Assembly: GCA_030324005.1 (NCBI GenBank)
Contig: JARDVH010000084.1
Location: 67,394,630-67,458,629, forward strand
Direction of reading: 5' to 3'
Length of the DNA: 64,000 bases
DNA from: Negaprion brevirostris
Lineage: Eukaryota
The notes beneath the pieces were generated by a model, which did no database searches, had not been told where the DNA came from, and saw only the letters and a list, made by a program, of their open reading frames with translations. This document shows, in pieces, positions 1 through 11,995 of the stretch (its first letter is position 1; every line of letters begins with the position of its first letter). Both the position numbers and the translations under genes were made by a program.

Positions 1-90
1 AGCCATGATCTTATTGAATGGCGGGGCAGGCTCGAAGGGCTAGTTGGCCTACTCCTGCTCCTATTTCTTATGTTCTTGTGTTCTTATGTC
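1..90 (+). mobile_element. CR1 LINE 3' end
   Basis: ...ggcctactcctgctcctatttcttatgttctt CR1-type 3' UTR with a (tatgttct)-like tail. Confidence 0.8.
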
Positions 91-302
91 GAATCTTCAT
101 GTCTGACTCCGAAGTGGTGACTTGTAAACACCTGTAAAGACTCACATTCCAACTATTATTTTGTAAATTGAGTTTGTGTCTGTATATGCCCTGTTTGTGA
201 ACACAAGTCCTCACTCACCTGAAGAAGGAGCGGGACTCTGAAAGCTTGTGCTGCCAAGTAAACATGTTGGACTTTAACCTGGTGTTGTGAAACTTCTTAC
301 TG
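91..302 (+). mobile_element. Penelope-like element terminus (pLTR) with hammerhead-like motif
   Basis: cacCTGAAGAaggagcgggactctGAAAgcttgtg followed by ...gttggactttaacctggtgttgtgaaacttcttac. The same terminus recurs at 11221 (-) and 16657-16866. Confidence 0.7.
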
Positions 303-319
303 GGTCTACTTACATCATA

Positions 320-412
320 GGGATTGCAGCTCATCACCATCTGCTCAAGGGCAGCTGGGGATCAGGAACAAATGTTGGCATTGCCAAATTGCACTCCATG
401 AATGAATAAAAA
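320..412 (+). mobile_element. LINE family B 3' tail
   Basis: ctcaagggcagctgggga...aaatgttggcattgcc...atgaatgaataaaaaa tail, shared with the copies at 29655-29945 and 18080 (-). Confidence 0.6.
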
Positions 413-734
413 AGCTTCTGTCCATCACGAAACAAGCCTTTCTAACTGGATATAGCTGCCTTTCCCTGCTGCTGAGGCTTCATGTAACCTAATCTATGAA
501 TGATACTGACCAGCCTTCAATTCCATTGTCCTGTCTTCTTTATGTGACTTACAGTGAAAGATGGCCACAGAACTCTCACAGAGCTAAAGGCACAGGTGGT
601 GACCTTCCCAACACAAGGCCTAACATGGGGAAAAGCACTGCAGCCAAATCTTTTGAGGAATAGAGCAGGTGGGGAAATGAGAACTGTAATCTGTAGCTTA
701 CCTGAAAAATGATGTGTCAGTCATAGCACATGTC

Positions 735-940
735 TCTGTCCCTATGTCTGCATGGATTTCCTCCCACAGTGCAAAGGTGTGGGTTAGGTTGATTGGCCAT
801 GCTAAATTGATCCTAGTGTCAAGGTGATTAGCAGGATAAATATCAGGGGATATGGCAATAGAGCTTGGTGGGTTTGTGGTTGGTGTAGGCTCGATGAGCT
901 GAATGGCCTCCTCCTGCACTATTGGGATTCTATGATTCTG
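735..940 (+). mobile_element. HE1-type V-SINE, 3' part
   Basis: ttcctcccacag...ggttaggttgattggccatgctaaattg V-domain and a gaatggcctc...gggattctatgattct tail. Confidence 0.85.
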
Positions 941-944
941 AGTG

Positions 945-1190
945 AGGTGGTCCCAGGTTCGAACCACCACTCCAGAGACCTGAGTACAAAATTTATGCTG
1001 GTACTTTGAGGGAATCCTGGAATATCCGAGGTTCTTTTTTTTTGCGTGAAAGATGTAACTGAGGCATTGACTGTCCTCTCAGGTGGGTGCAAAAGATCCC
1101 ATGGTGCTATTCAGAGAAAAGCAGGGGAGTTCTCCCTGGTCCCCTGACCAATATTTGTTCCTCAATCAACATCTGGTCACATTCCGGGCT
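945..1190 (+). mobile_element. DeuSINE-like element (SacSINE1/AmnSINE1 type)
   Basis: Deu-domain-like core ctctcaggtgg...aaaagatcccatggtgctattc...gcaggggagttctccctggt...ccaatattt. Confidence 0.7.
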
Positions 1191-3809
1191 GACATCCAAC
1201 AGTTGCATCTGGTGAGCTGTGGAAGCCTGCTAAATAAGCCCACTGTATCTGATAACCGCTCCATCAGCTGATATAAAACGATGCCTGCAGCTATTGAAGA
1301 TGTATTCACATTGCAGCCTGTCAGTCTGTGCACCCCTGTACTGTTTTACAAAAACAACAGCCTTCTAACAAAATCATGGGACCAAGCTAATTGCAAATGT
1401 CACATTTTCGTTTTTTTCTAATTAACTACAGACGTCACATGATTCTTCCATTTTCCACTGTGAAAACATTCACCCATGAAGTGCTTACCAATTCAAACAG
1501 TGTTTGTGATTCTTGCAATTATAAAAACTGAATACCACAAATTACCAGTCAAGGATCAGTTATTTCTATCTAACAAGGCTTGTACAAATTGGTTGGCTCC
1601 AACATCTTGTTGAAATTTCTTGCTTAATCCAGTGTTTATCTTTATTCACTTAAAAAATCACATTGCCCTCTAATTTGCTGTCAAAATAATGGCAAAGTTC
1701 ATGTAACACTCATCATTACTTCAATGAACTTTTGAGGGCAAGCATGTGCACAGTAAAATGTGGAAAACCAAAAGTTGCTCTCTGTGTTGCTCCATTTGCT
1801 TCTTGAAAACAGCATCTTGCTGTCTGCCTCATCTTTGAAATGCATTGAATGGCAAGAAATTGTTGCATTTGGGTGGTTGATATGAACTAACCGCACCACA
1901 GAAAATTATTTCTTAACATGACAAGCTGAAGGACCCTTATAACAATCAACCTGTCCGGCACTGAACTTTTACAATTACAATTACGGAGCCTTGGGCCTTT
2001 GAGTTTTAATAGTTGTCGGGGATTTTAAAAGTGTAGAATTTTAATTATGTTTTTTCAATTTTCCTGTCTCTTTTTTCTTTTAATACAGCGTTTCTTGTTG
2101 TCTCATTTCTCTTTTTGCACTTGAAGTAATATTGAATCTAATTTACACTTTCTTATTCAGATTCCCACTCTTAATTTCATGATCCTTCAACCCGATTGAT
2201 GCAGTTGCATGTCCTCCCTATTCAGAGAGGTTTCTGAAGCTCTGTTTCCCTCACAGTGATGTTTTTAGCCTGTATTCAACATGCTATGCAAAAAACTTAA
2301 AGATCTCAACGTGCAAGGGCAAGTCTAACCACCTGCAGACATTGTTAGATGTCCTGCTACAAAAAGATATGGGCCTATTAAGTTATGTTGTTGTTTATGC
2401 AACTTCAGGTGCGCTGAGAGAAGCAAAAAATGTTGTCAATAAATACCAGGAGGTTTTGATAAATATACACCTCATAGCATACATGGGTATTAAAGGGACC
2501 ACATCTATGTTCCCCTCTAAGCTGCATGGATGCACGTCTGTCCAATAATCCAGATCTTATTGCTCAGAGAGCAAATAGGCCTTGCATGACTAACGTTCTC
2601 TTTAGAATGCACACTTGCCCGATCACCCAGAAATCTTAACTCACAACGACGGCACAGTGCAACAGCTAGGTCGTGTTTTACAAACAGAAACCAGAGGTAA
2701 GATTGGTCTCTGTATTCCCCCTCTAACCTTCCATCCTTTCTCTCTTCACCTTAAGGCTCTTGTTGCACTGAGATTCACTGGCATAGGGCAATCACCTAAC
2801 ACTTCACTTAAGTGGCCATGAATATGTCAGAGAGTGAGGTTAGCAAAATCACAACCGGATAACAGAAGAGATTATCAGACCCATGATCCTGTTCGCAAAG
2901 GGGTAGGTCATGGGTTCTTGCCCCCGCTATAAAAATCCCACTCACCCTGCAACACAATTTTAAGCAATTTAACATACAGATTCATTTTTATTTTCATTTT
3001 ATCCTTTAATGTGAAGCTTGTTGCTGGTGTTAAGCAAAACGTTCGCAAAGGTTGGGGGCCAAGGTGGGGTGGGGGGTCTCTGAACTCCTAAATATGTAAT
3101 CAAAGGATTCTTTGTCAGGACCTGTTGACTAACTTTATCCAATTCATACATGTGGAATTAATGTGTGCCTCCCTTACTGTCAGAATTATCAGAATCAAGT
3201 CAATATTGCATTACTAAACGTTACACCGCTCAAGGTAGAGATTCACAGAAAAATGGTCCCTGCTCAACAAGTGATTTTTAAAAAAAATTAAGACATTGAA
3301 AAGGTACGGACCAAGGTCTATCATATCCATCACCAAGGCATGAGGTAGATTTCAGTCAGAAAAGGAAGTTGTTTCATGGAGGGAAGATGTTGTGTAAAGG
3401 CAAACTGTGATTGTGTAACCAGGAAGGAGAATTGATCCCAAAATGAATATATCCTCTGCCAAACATCCTGCCATTGGCTCATATATTTGCCATGCTGTAG
3501 TTGGTGGGCGAGTGAGCCTGCTAAGTGGATTGAAACAGCGAGAACATCAAGGTGGCTAACACTCTCATTGGCTCAATGTAATCCCAACACCATGCTGAAG
3601 GCAGTTGTCCTATACCTTATAGCTGATGAACAAACGCTGAGACTTGGGAGGAAAACATTGGAGACTACTCATAGACTGATTCAATGAGAACCATCCCTGT
3701 GTTAGGAAATGCTTCCGACATGCTAGGTAACTTCAGTGGGACATTTAGACACATCTGAGGGTCTATAGACATTGTTTTGTCAGCTGTCATTTCCTTTTCT
3801 CCAGGAAAT

Positions 3810-4015
3810 TAGACAACAACCATGTCAGCTTTTCCAATGAAGGTGATGAAGATTAAGCCAGATTTTGAAAACCTTAAAAGTGGGATGCTAATGGAAGGAT
3901 TTAAAAATAATAGCCTTTTAGGAATAAGGTCCCACATAGAAGGCCACAAGGTTTCTAAGATAAGGGCTGCTGCAAATATAGCTGATAACTATGACTTGTC
4001 TCAGAAACATATGAG
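3810..4015 (+). mobile_element. Gypsy (Gmr1-like) gag fragment, SCAN-like capsid C-terminal domain
   Basis: ORF 3822 reads DFENLKSGMLMEGFKNNSLLGIRSHIEGHKVSKIRAAANIADNYDLSQK, resembling the Gmr1/SCAN pattern F..L..L.L.EEFK...P..I..HL.E.KV.....AA.LADDY.L.HK. Confidence 0.75.
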
Positions 4016-4084
4016 CAGCAGCAGGAGTAACAATCACATCACAAAAGTGCCACTTCCAATTAAAGAGAATCTAACCATTTCCCC

Positions 4085-4280
4085 TTGACATGCAATGACA
4101 ATACCATTTCCAAATCCTCCACTATCAACTTCCTGGGTGCTACTGTTGATCAGAAACTGATCTGGACCAACCATATAAATACTGTAGCTACAAAAGCAGG
4201 TTGGAAATTCTGAGGTAATTAACTCATCTCCTGACTCCCCAAAGGCTGTCCATGAGTCACACATCTTGTGATGGAATATT
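4085..4280 (+). mobile_element. LINE family B RT fragment
   Basis: ttgatcagaaactga.ctggacca.ccatataaatactgtagctac, homologous to the minus-strand copies at 11100 and 18680. Confidence 0.6.
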
Positions 4281-4914
4281 TTGTTATTGTGTTTTTTTTT
4301 CCTCAGGATTCATTGGCTACTTGCTCTGGAAGAGATCTTGCTGGACACAATGGCATTTTCTTCAAAGACATTTATTTATGTACTAACTATAAATGTTTAA
4401 CAAGACCAATACCTTGCTGGAGCTATTTTCTGAGACACTTTACACTCATTTCCGCGGTGACGCACAACACTGAGATGTATCTCCTTACGTACATACTCAA
4501 TACCTGTCATCTGAGTTAATCCTTTATTCTGCATCTCCCAAGTCTTTATCCTGATACTATTATAGCGATATTCTCCCACACATCGCCCTCACAATCTCTT
4601 GTGTTGGTGGTTTCCATCTCCCACCATGTTCTTGGCTGTCTTGGGGGATGTATAGGATGTATGCTTTTTTGAATCTTCTCCTTGGAAGCGTCCAACCTTG
4701 TCAGACAGTGATTTTTGTTCTGGTCCACAGTATAAAGGCGATGAACAGAGATCTTCCTTTCCCTCTCCTTTTTGTTTCCCTCCTTCTTTGTACTTTGGGG
4801 AAAGCTTACTGCTCATGTTGGGAAGAATGAAGTTCATTCAGCTCCTGTGAAGATGCTTGATGTCTACAAACTACTATAGCTGCAAAGAACAAAGTACTAA
4901 GTAATATTCAGCCA

Positions 4915-5165
4915 AAGAGGTGGATGGGGGTAAGGCAGTTGACGTGGTATATATGGATTTTAGTAAGGCGTTTGATAAGGTTCACCATNNNNNNNNNNNN
5001 NNNNNNNNNNNNNNNNNNNNNNNNNNNNNNNNNNNNNNNNNNNNNNNNNNNNNNNNNNNNNNNNNNNNNNNNNNNNNNNNNNNNNNNNTGTTTTTTAACT
5101 GGTCGGCGCAACATCGTGGGCCGAAGGGCCTGTTCTGCGCTGTAATGTTCTATGTTCTATGTTCC
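4915..5165 (+). mobile_element. Young CR1/HER1-type LINE spanning a gap
   Basis: RT motif AVDVVYMDFSKAFDKV before the gap and 3' tail gggccgaagggcctgttctgcgctgtaatgttctatgttctat after it. Confidence 0.9.
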
Positions 5166-5429
5166 ATAATAAATCAGATGGAAGAGGAGAAGGATGAAGA
5201 ATATTTCTAGAAAAGATGATGATTGTCCTGCTATTACTGTAGGAAATTATTTTCCTGTAGGTGGTGTTCCAGCTTGTGTACTCTCTTCGATGTGCGTTTG
5301 CTCCTGAGCAGGCCTAAACATCTCTGGAACTTCATCAGAATGTATGTGGTCTTCCAAAAGTAAAGCAAATCTTACGGACAGGAGAGATAGCTGGCAAATT
5401 GTATCAACCTGCATCTCATCCAGCTACTT

Positions 5430-5710
5430 AAATATTCACCCCCTCTACCGTTGATGCATAGTGGCAGCAGGGTGTCTCATGTACAAATTCATTGCAGAAA
5501 CTTACCAAGACTCGTCTACCAGTAGGGCAGCAGATACACGGAAACAACACCACCTGTGTGATCCTTTCCAAACCATATACTGTCTTGACTTGGAATAGTT
5601 GTTTCACTGTTGTGGGGTCAAAATCCTGGAGCTCTCGTCATCACATTGTGGTTGTACCTGTGCCAGGTGGACTGCAGCAGTTCAAGAATGAAACTCATTG
5701 CTACCTTTTC
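5430..5710 (+). mobile_element. LINE family B 3' fragment
   Basis: gggtcaaaatcctgga...tggactgcagcagttcaaga homology to the other family B 3' ends. Confidence 0.6.
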
Positions 5711-5859
5711 ACCTTTACATCTCACGAAAGAATGCAAACCCAAGCAGGAACTCAAGAGACAAGAGGTCTGATAGTTAACAGAATGCTGGTAACAGTGAAG
5801 ATGATAGGAGAAATGTAAAAACAATACTCCTTAGCGAAGTAAGAAAGGCATTATAGAGG

Positions 5860-8280
5860 ATCAGTATGATCAAACAAGTTATTTTTGCCACAAGAAAAAC
5901 AAGTCAGATTGTTGGAAAATAAAAACCAAAACAGTTTCATTTGTGGGCATGTATAGTGTAACATGTCACATTTGTGACAAACCATTGGCTTTGAACTTAT
6001 TTTCTAATGGAAAAGACTGGAGTATAAGGATGGAGAGGAACTCCCTCTAGAATGTACACTGTTTGAGAATGTATTGAAGGTATAAATGGGGATTTAGAAG
6101 GTACACTGTTTAAGAATGTATTGATTGAAAGTATCAATGGGAGTTGTTTAACTGCTCTGTTGAATAAAGTCAGTTTAAAATGTGGTTTAGTTTCTGGGAT
6201 TATTGTGTGGGAATTGCCTTGAAGTTGCCTTGTAAGACTATTGATCTCATACAAGGAAATGATCTCACTGGATATAAAGTATTTTCATCTTCATTGATAT
6301 CGGAAGTCTAATGCAACTACTGAAATTGAGTATGTACAAGATAAATCAATTGTCGTACTGAAATCCATGAATATCTGTATGTCTGTTGTGGAAATTGCTA
6401 TTAAGTTTGACTACTAAGGCTTCTGAGGTTAAAGAGACACTGGGAACATCAGACTTACAGCAAAGAGTTAATAGTGACTGTCAATGAATTAAAGCCGTCT
6501 GAATCAAACCTGCATGCAGACGTCCAGCAAAAAATGTTGAAGCAGATGCACCCAAAGTTGATGATGGAACAAATGAAAGCAATATTTTAAAACCAAATGA
6601 CTCTGCTGTAACTGATACAGATACTATAGAGCTACGAGGAAAGAAAGGTTTTTTCTTGAACATAAATTAAAACTTTAAAATGATTAAATTATTTCTCTTG
6701 AAAGAGGAGAATTGGAAAAAGTTTGTGTTAATTGGGAAAAGAAAAAATAAACAGGTTTACAAGAATTCATGAACTGACTAAGAAAGAATATCAAGATTTT
6801 TATGCTGAACATTGATGTAAGCTTAATGAAATTCTTAATCAGCTAAGGAGGCAGCGTTAAACCTACATCTCCAGAAGAAGAACACACAAATTTAAATTAC
6901 AGGAATGAACTTAAAGAAAGAACCCATATATATGGTTGGCTGAGACTTTCTTTGTAGATTTTGGCATTAAAAAACTGTGGCCATGAAAGAGAATGGAGAT
7001 TTGGAGTTAAAATCTGATCAAGTTAGTTCAAAGACCGTGTTAAAAGGTGAACACCTTGATACCAATATTATCCTTGACAAAGTTAACCGGTCCGACCCAA
7101 ATATATGATTTTCTCATGCAGGGCATGAGAAAGCTGTAAACCTTACTTGAAATGAACAAGGAACATTTCAATGGCAAATGATAGAAAGTGATGCCACTAG
7201 TACAATGAGCTCTACTTTGGAAGAAAATTGGAATTCTAAGCACTGATTTAAACTGAATTTCAAATTCTAACTGTCACATGAAATTGGGTTTGATGGGTTA
7301 AGCTTTATGATGCTGCCAAGGTGAATTTTTTAAAGCTGAAATATGATAACAAGAGAAATAAGATCACATGTACAGTATGTAGTAAATTCTATTTTGGTCA
7401 TGGTGTAGAAAATTATTACCACAATCAATTCCATCTTTTATGTGGGAAGTTTTAGGAACGTAAGCTTTTTAAAGCTGTTTAGGGATCATGTCTTTACTTC
7501 AAGATAAAATAGCGTAGTGAAGAGAGAGACATGATCTGTTCCAAATTCTGCCTGATAACAAGTCTCAGTGCCTTGCTTACTAAGGGTACAGAGGGATCGA
7601 GGACCCCATAAACTACAGATAATACAACCATTATTACTGTCTTTAAGAGGCACAATCCACAGGCTCTCTCAGACTGAAACTCACTGAAAGCAAGGCGCAT
7701 AACATTTACACCTGAAACAAGGACAGGAAAAGCTGGGATAACTGGGGGCAGACTTTCTACCTCAGATGAGCTTTTTTAGACAGAGAGAGAGGAAGACAGA
7801 TGGATGCAGCTGGTGTGGTCAGCAGGGAGGAGTGTACAACAGGCAGAATGGAAGCGCAAAAATAGTCTATTGTCATAGAGACAAAGAGGTTTGTCTAGGC
7901 AAGGCTGGGGGACAATTTGCTAGGATGGGCTTTACTGTTGGTGGTCCGTTTGGAAATGATTTGAAAACTGAGGAAAGTGTCTTTTGATGGTCACTTGATG
8001 TTGAAACGGGGAGTGTGAACCCAAAGGGAGCTGGGAATGACTCAGCACTGTATCTGTTAAAGACTGTGATCCTGTGGAGCTGAAAAGTATATATAAGAGT
8101 GTGTGTGTGTGTGTCAGGAGGGGGCATTATTGCACGCATTAAGGCACTAATAAGGATGATCTTTTCTGTAGTTTAGAAATGAGTTGTCTACTAAGTAATG
8201 TTTAAGCAATGTTGTCATTAGTTTGTTTGCTACAGTAAAGTCTTAAAACTGGAAATGTTGCGCAATTCCTTCCAGTCAGG
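5860..8280 (+). mobile_element. Decayed Gmr1-like Gypsy LTR retrotransposon (Zn knuckle, protease region, pol remnants, probable 3' LTR at about 7450-8280)
   Basis: 5876: SYFCHKKNKSDCWKIKTKTVSFVG (degenerate CCHC). 6118-6272: VLIESINGSCLTALLNKVSLKCGLVSGII/GIALKLPCKTIDLIQGNDLTG (retropepsin-type ...GNDL motif, with a frameshift). Purine-rich PPT-like stretch near 7440. Confidence 0.65.
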
Positions 8281-8289
8281 CATTTATAC

Positions 8290-9150
8290 TTAGCATTGGC
8301 TTAGCGGTAGCACTATTGCCTTTGAGATAAATATTTGTATGTTTACATCCTATTCCAGTCATTGGACCCCATAAACTAGGCTAATATTTCAATACAGCAG
8401 TGAAAGATTGTTGGATTGTTAGACATGTTACATTTCCAAAGAGATTTTAAACCAAGGTTCTGTTTCCCTTTCAGGTGTTAGAATAGATCACATTGTCCCA
8501 TGTACCTACAGAACTGCAAGGAGATTCTCCCCAATGTCCTGCCCAATTTAGGTTAAACAAGATCAACGAAACAAGTAAAAACAGAATATGCTGGATAAAC
8601 TCAACAGATCTGGCAGCATCTGTGAAGACAGCAACACAGTTAATGTTTCAAGTCCTTATGACTTCTTCAAAGTTGAAGTGGGGTAGAATGTGATTGATTA
8701 TGTAGTTGTAGAGAAAGATGGAGCAGAATAGAAGGTCAGGCCAGGGCTAAGGAAAGATTGACAAAGATGTCATGGACGCAAGGTAAAGTGGATATTAATG
8801 GTGGCTCTGACCTATTTTGTTCCACCTTCTCCAACATCCCCCTCCCAACTATATAATCAATCACATTTCCATCCTTTGCCAGCTCTGAGGAAGTCACAGA
8901 CACTGACTCTCTCTATAGATGTTGCCAGAGCTGCTGAGTTTCTCCAGCATTTTCTGTTTTTATTTCAGATTTCCAGCAACCGCAGTATTTTGCTTTTACT
9001 TCAATGAACGAATTATCTGGTCATTCATTTCATAATCTTGTCCTACATTGCAGTGAGCCAGGAAACTGCCGTGTTTCCTTCCTATTGCAAGAACGTCTAT
9101 ACTTTCAAAGTACTTCAGAAGCTGCAGGATACTTTGGAATGTACCGTCCT
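8290..9150 (+). mobile_element. Old DeuSINE-like element split by a Penelope-derived insertion
   Basis: tRNA-like head (ggcttagcggtagcact) and Deu-like core up to about 8570; the element resumes at about 9010 with attatctggtcatt...aagtacttca. Confidence 0.6.
8572..9000. mobile_element. Penelope-derived non-autonomous element with inverted ends
   Basis: The left end aaaacagaatatgctgga...ctggcagcatctgtg is the reverse complement of the right end agatgttgccagagctgctgagtttctccagcattttctgtttt. Confidence 0.65.
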
Positions 9151-11220
9151 CAGTTTGGGTGAAATAATTGAAGGAAATGGACCTCCTGATGAAAACTGCA
9201 TAAGTGTTGAAAGGGTTAATAACCAGGAACTGTGTTACAATGTTCCGCTGTAACATTGAAACTCCATGAACACACCTTGGTCTGGGGGGTGGTGGATAGA
9301 AGNNNNNNNNNNNNNNNNNNNNNNNNNNNNNNNNNNNNNNNNNNNNNNNNNNNNNNNNNNNNNNNNNNNNNNNNNNNNNNNNNNNNNNNNNNNNNNNNNN
9401 NNNNNNNNNNNNNNNNNNNNNNNNNNNNNNNNNNNNNNNNNNNNNNNNNNNNNNNNNNNNNNNNNNNNNNNNNNNNNNNNNNNNNNNNNNNNNNNNNNNN
9501 NNNNNNNNNNNNNNNNNNNNNNNNNNNNNNNNNNNNNNNNNNNNNNNNNNNNNNNNNNNNNNNNNNNNNNNNNNNNNNNNNNNNNNNNNNNNNNNNNNNN
9601 NNNNNNNNNNNNNNNNNNNNNNNNNNNNNNNNNNNNNNNNNNNNNNNNNNNNNNNNNNNNNNNNNNNNNNNNNNNNNNNNNNNNNNNNNNNNNNNNNNNN
9701 NNNNNNNNNNNNNNNNNNNNNNNNNNNNNNNNNNNNNNNNNNNNNNNNNNNNNNNNNNNNNNNNNNNNNNNNNNNNNNNNNNNNNNNNNNNNNNNNNNNN
9801 NNNNNNNNNNNNNNNNNNNNNNNNNNNNNNNNNNNNNNNNNNNNNNNNNNNNNNNNNNNNNNNNNNNNNNNNNNNNNNNNNNNNNNNNNNNNNNNNNNNN
9901 NNNNNNNNNNNNNNNNNNNNNNNNNNNNNNNNNNNNNNNNNNNNNNNNNNNNNNNNNNNNNNNNNNNNNNNNNNNNNNNNNNNNNNNNNNNNNNNNNNNN
10001 NNNNNNNNNNNNNNNNNNNNNNNNNNNNNNNNNNNNNNNNNNNNNNNNNNNNNNNNNNNNNNNNNNNNNNNNNNNNNNNNNNNNNNNNNNNNNNNNNNNN
10101 NNNNNNNNNNNNNNNNNNNNNNNNNNNNNNNNNNNNNNNNNNNNNNNNNNNNNNNNNNNNNNNNNNNNNNNNNNNNNNNNNNNNNNNNNNNNNNNNNNNN
10201 NNNNNNNNNNNNNNNNNNNNNNNNNNNNNNNNNGACCCAAGGGCAAATGTGAGGACAAATTGTTGCAGGCAATGCCCTCAGTTGGATCACCCTAACCTTT
10301 TCTGAGCTCCACTGAAAGCAAACATTTTAGAGAATTAACATGTAGTGTTTTCATTTTCAACTGTCTCACCCAACCTCGGCTATCTGTGTTCACCCTTGAC
10401 TTCTCTGACACTTCCCGCTGCATCAGTAACTGACCAAAACGTTGCTTGTGTTGTCCCACAAGTCTCATTTTGTGCAACCCAGTTCATGCTGTGCAAATTA
10501 ATAGAAATTAAAAATGTATGCATTCTTCATGATATGTAGAAAGCCTCAGGACAAGGTAATATGACTCATTGTATCTTTGCGCACTGTTTTGAAGAGTTGT
10601 TAAGAGCTCGGCCAGAAATTTTTCCCCATTTCTAATTTCCCTTGAGAAAGTGCCATCTTAAAACTTTGCAGTCCATGTGGTGTAGGTAACCCGCAGTACT
10701 GTTAGGAAGAATATCCAGGATTTTGATCCAGTGACAGTAAAGGAATGGTGATGTATGTTGAGTGGCTTGGAGGAGGAGAAGTTGCAGATGGTGGTGTTCC
10801 ACTCATTTGCTGCCCTTGCTTTTTGGGTGAAGTCATGGGTTTGAAAGGTATTGCTAAAGGAGCCTTGATGAATTACTGCAGTAGATCTTGTAGAAGTTAC
10901 TGTGCGTCGATGGTGGAGGGAGTAGATGTTGGAGATGGTGTTATACCAATCAAACTAGCTGTTTTTCTCCAGATGGTGTCAAGTTTCTCAAGTGTTGTTG
11001 AAGCTGCACTTATACAAATGGAGAATATTCCATCACACTCCTGACTTGTACTTCGGAGGTGGTGGGCGGGCGAGGAGCGAAGGTTCTCACCACAGGATTC
11101 CGAACTTCTGACCTATTCTGGTAGCCACAGTATTTATATGGCTGGTATAATTCAGGTTCTGGTCAATTGTAACCGTCGAGATGTTAATAATGGGGGATTC
11201 AGTGATGGCAGTACCACTCA

Positions 11221-11275
11221 GTAAGAAATCTCACAACACCAGGTTAAAGTCCAACAGATTTATTTGGTAGCACAA
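11221..11275 (-). mobile_element. Penelope-like terminus cut by a gap
   Basis: gtaagaaatctcacaacaccaggttaaagtccaaca is the reverse complement of the end of the 91-302 element. Confidence 0.7.
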
Positions 11276-11541
11276 NNNNNNNNNNNNNNNNNNNNNNNNN
11301 NNNNNNNNNNNNNNNNNNNNNNNNNNNNNNNNNNNNNNNNNNNNNNNNNNNNNNNNNNNNNNNNNNNNNNNNNNNNNNNNNNNNNNNNNNNNNNNNNNNN
11401 NNNNNNNNNNNNNNNNNNNNNNNNNNNNNNNNNNNNNNNNNNNNNNNNNNNNNNNNNNNNNNNNNNNNNNNNNNNNNNNNNNNNNNNNNNNNNNNNNNNN
11501 NNNNNNNNNNNNNNNNNNNNNNNNNNNNNNNNNNNNNNNNN

Positions 11542-11625
11542 GGGTCATTGTTTTTTAACTGGTCGGCGCAACATCGTGGGCCGAAGGGCCTGTTCTGCGC
11601 TGTAATGTTCTATGTTCTGTGTTCT
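11542..11625 (+). mobile_element. CR1/HER1-type 3' tail
   Basis: Nearly identical to 5089-5165. Confidence 0.85.
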
Positions 11626-11644
11626 AGTAGAGAAGCTGTAATCA

Positions 11645-11995
11645 TTGAAGCCCTGCAATGCACAAGGAGGCCATTCAGTCCATCGAGTCTGCACTGACTC
11701 TTTGACAGCATGGGCTGCCTTACACGAGCTCTCCGCCCCCCGCTGCCTCCACACCCTATCCTGTAGCCCCAGGCATTTTCCCCACTAATCGTCCCGCACT
11801 GTGGAGCAATTTTAGAATGGCCAATCCACCCAACCTGCACATCATTGGTCTGTGGTAGAAAGCTGGAGCACCTGCAGGAAGCTCACGGAGGCATGGGGAG
11901 GGCATGCAAACTCCATACAGTCACCCAAGGCTGGAATTGAACCTTGGTCCCTGGCAATGAGGCAGCAGGGCTATCCACTGTGCCACCATGCTGCC
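11645..11995 (-). mobile_element. HE1-type V-SINE
   Basis: Full-length reverse complement, with tRNA-like head at about 11995, V-domain and CR1-derived tail. Confidence 0.85.

Noticed and set aside
8996-10305. Long 330-420 aa ORFs in the ORF track
   Set aside because: They are artefacts of reading through N runs.
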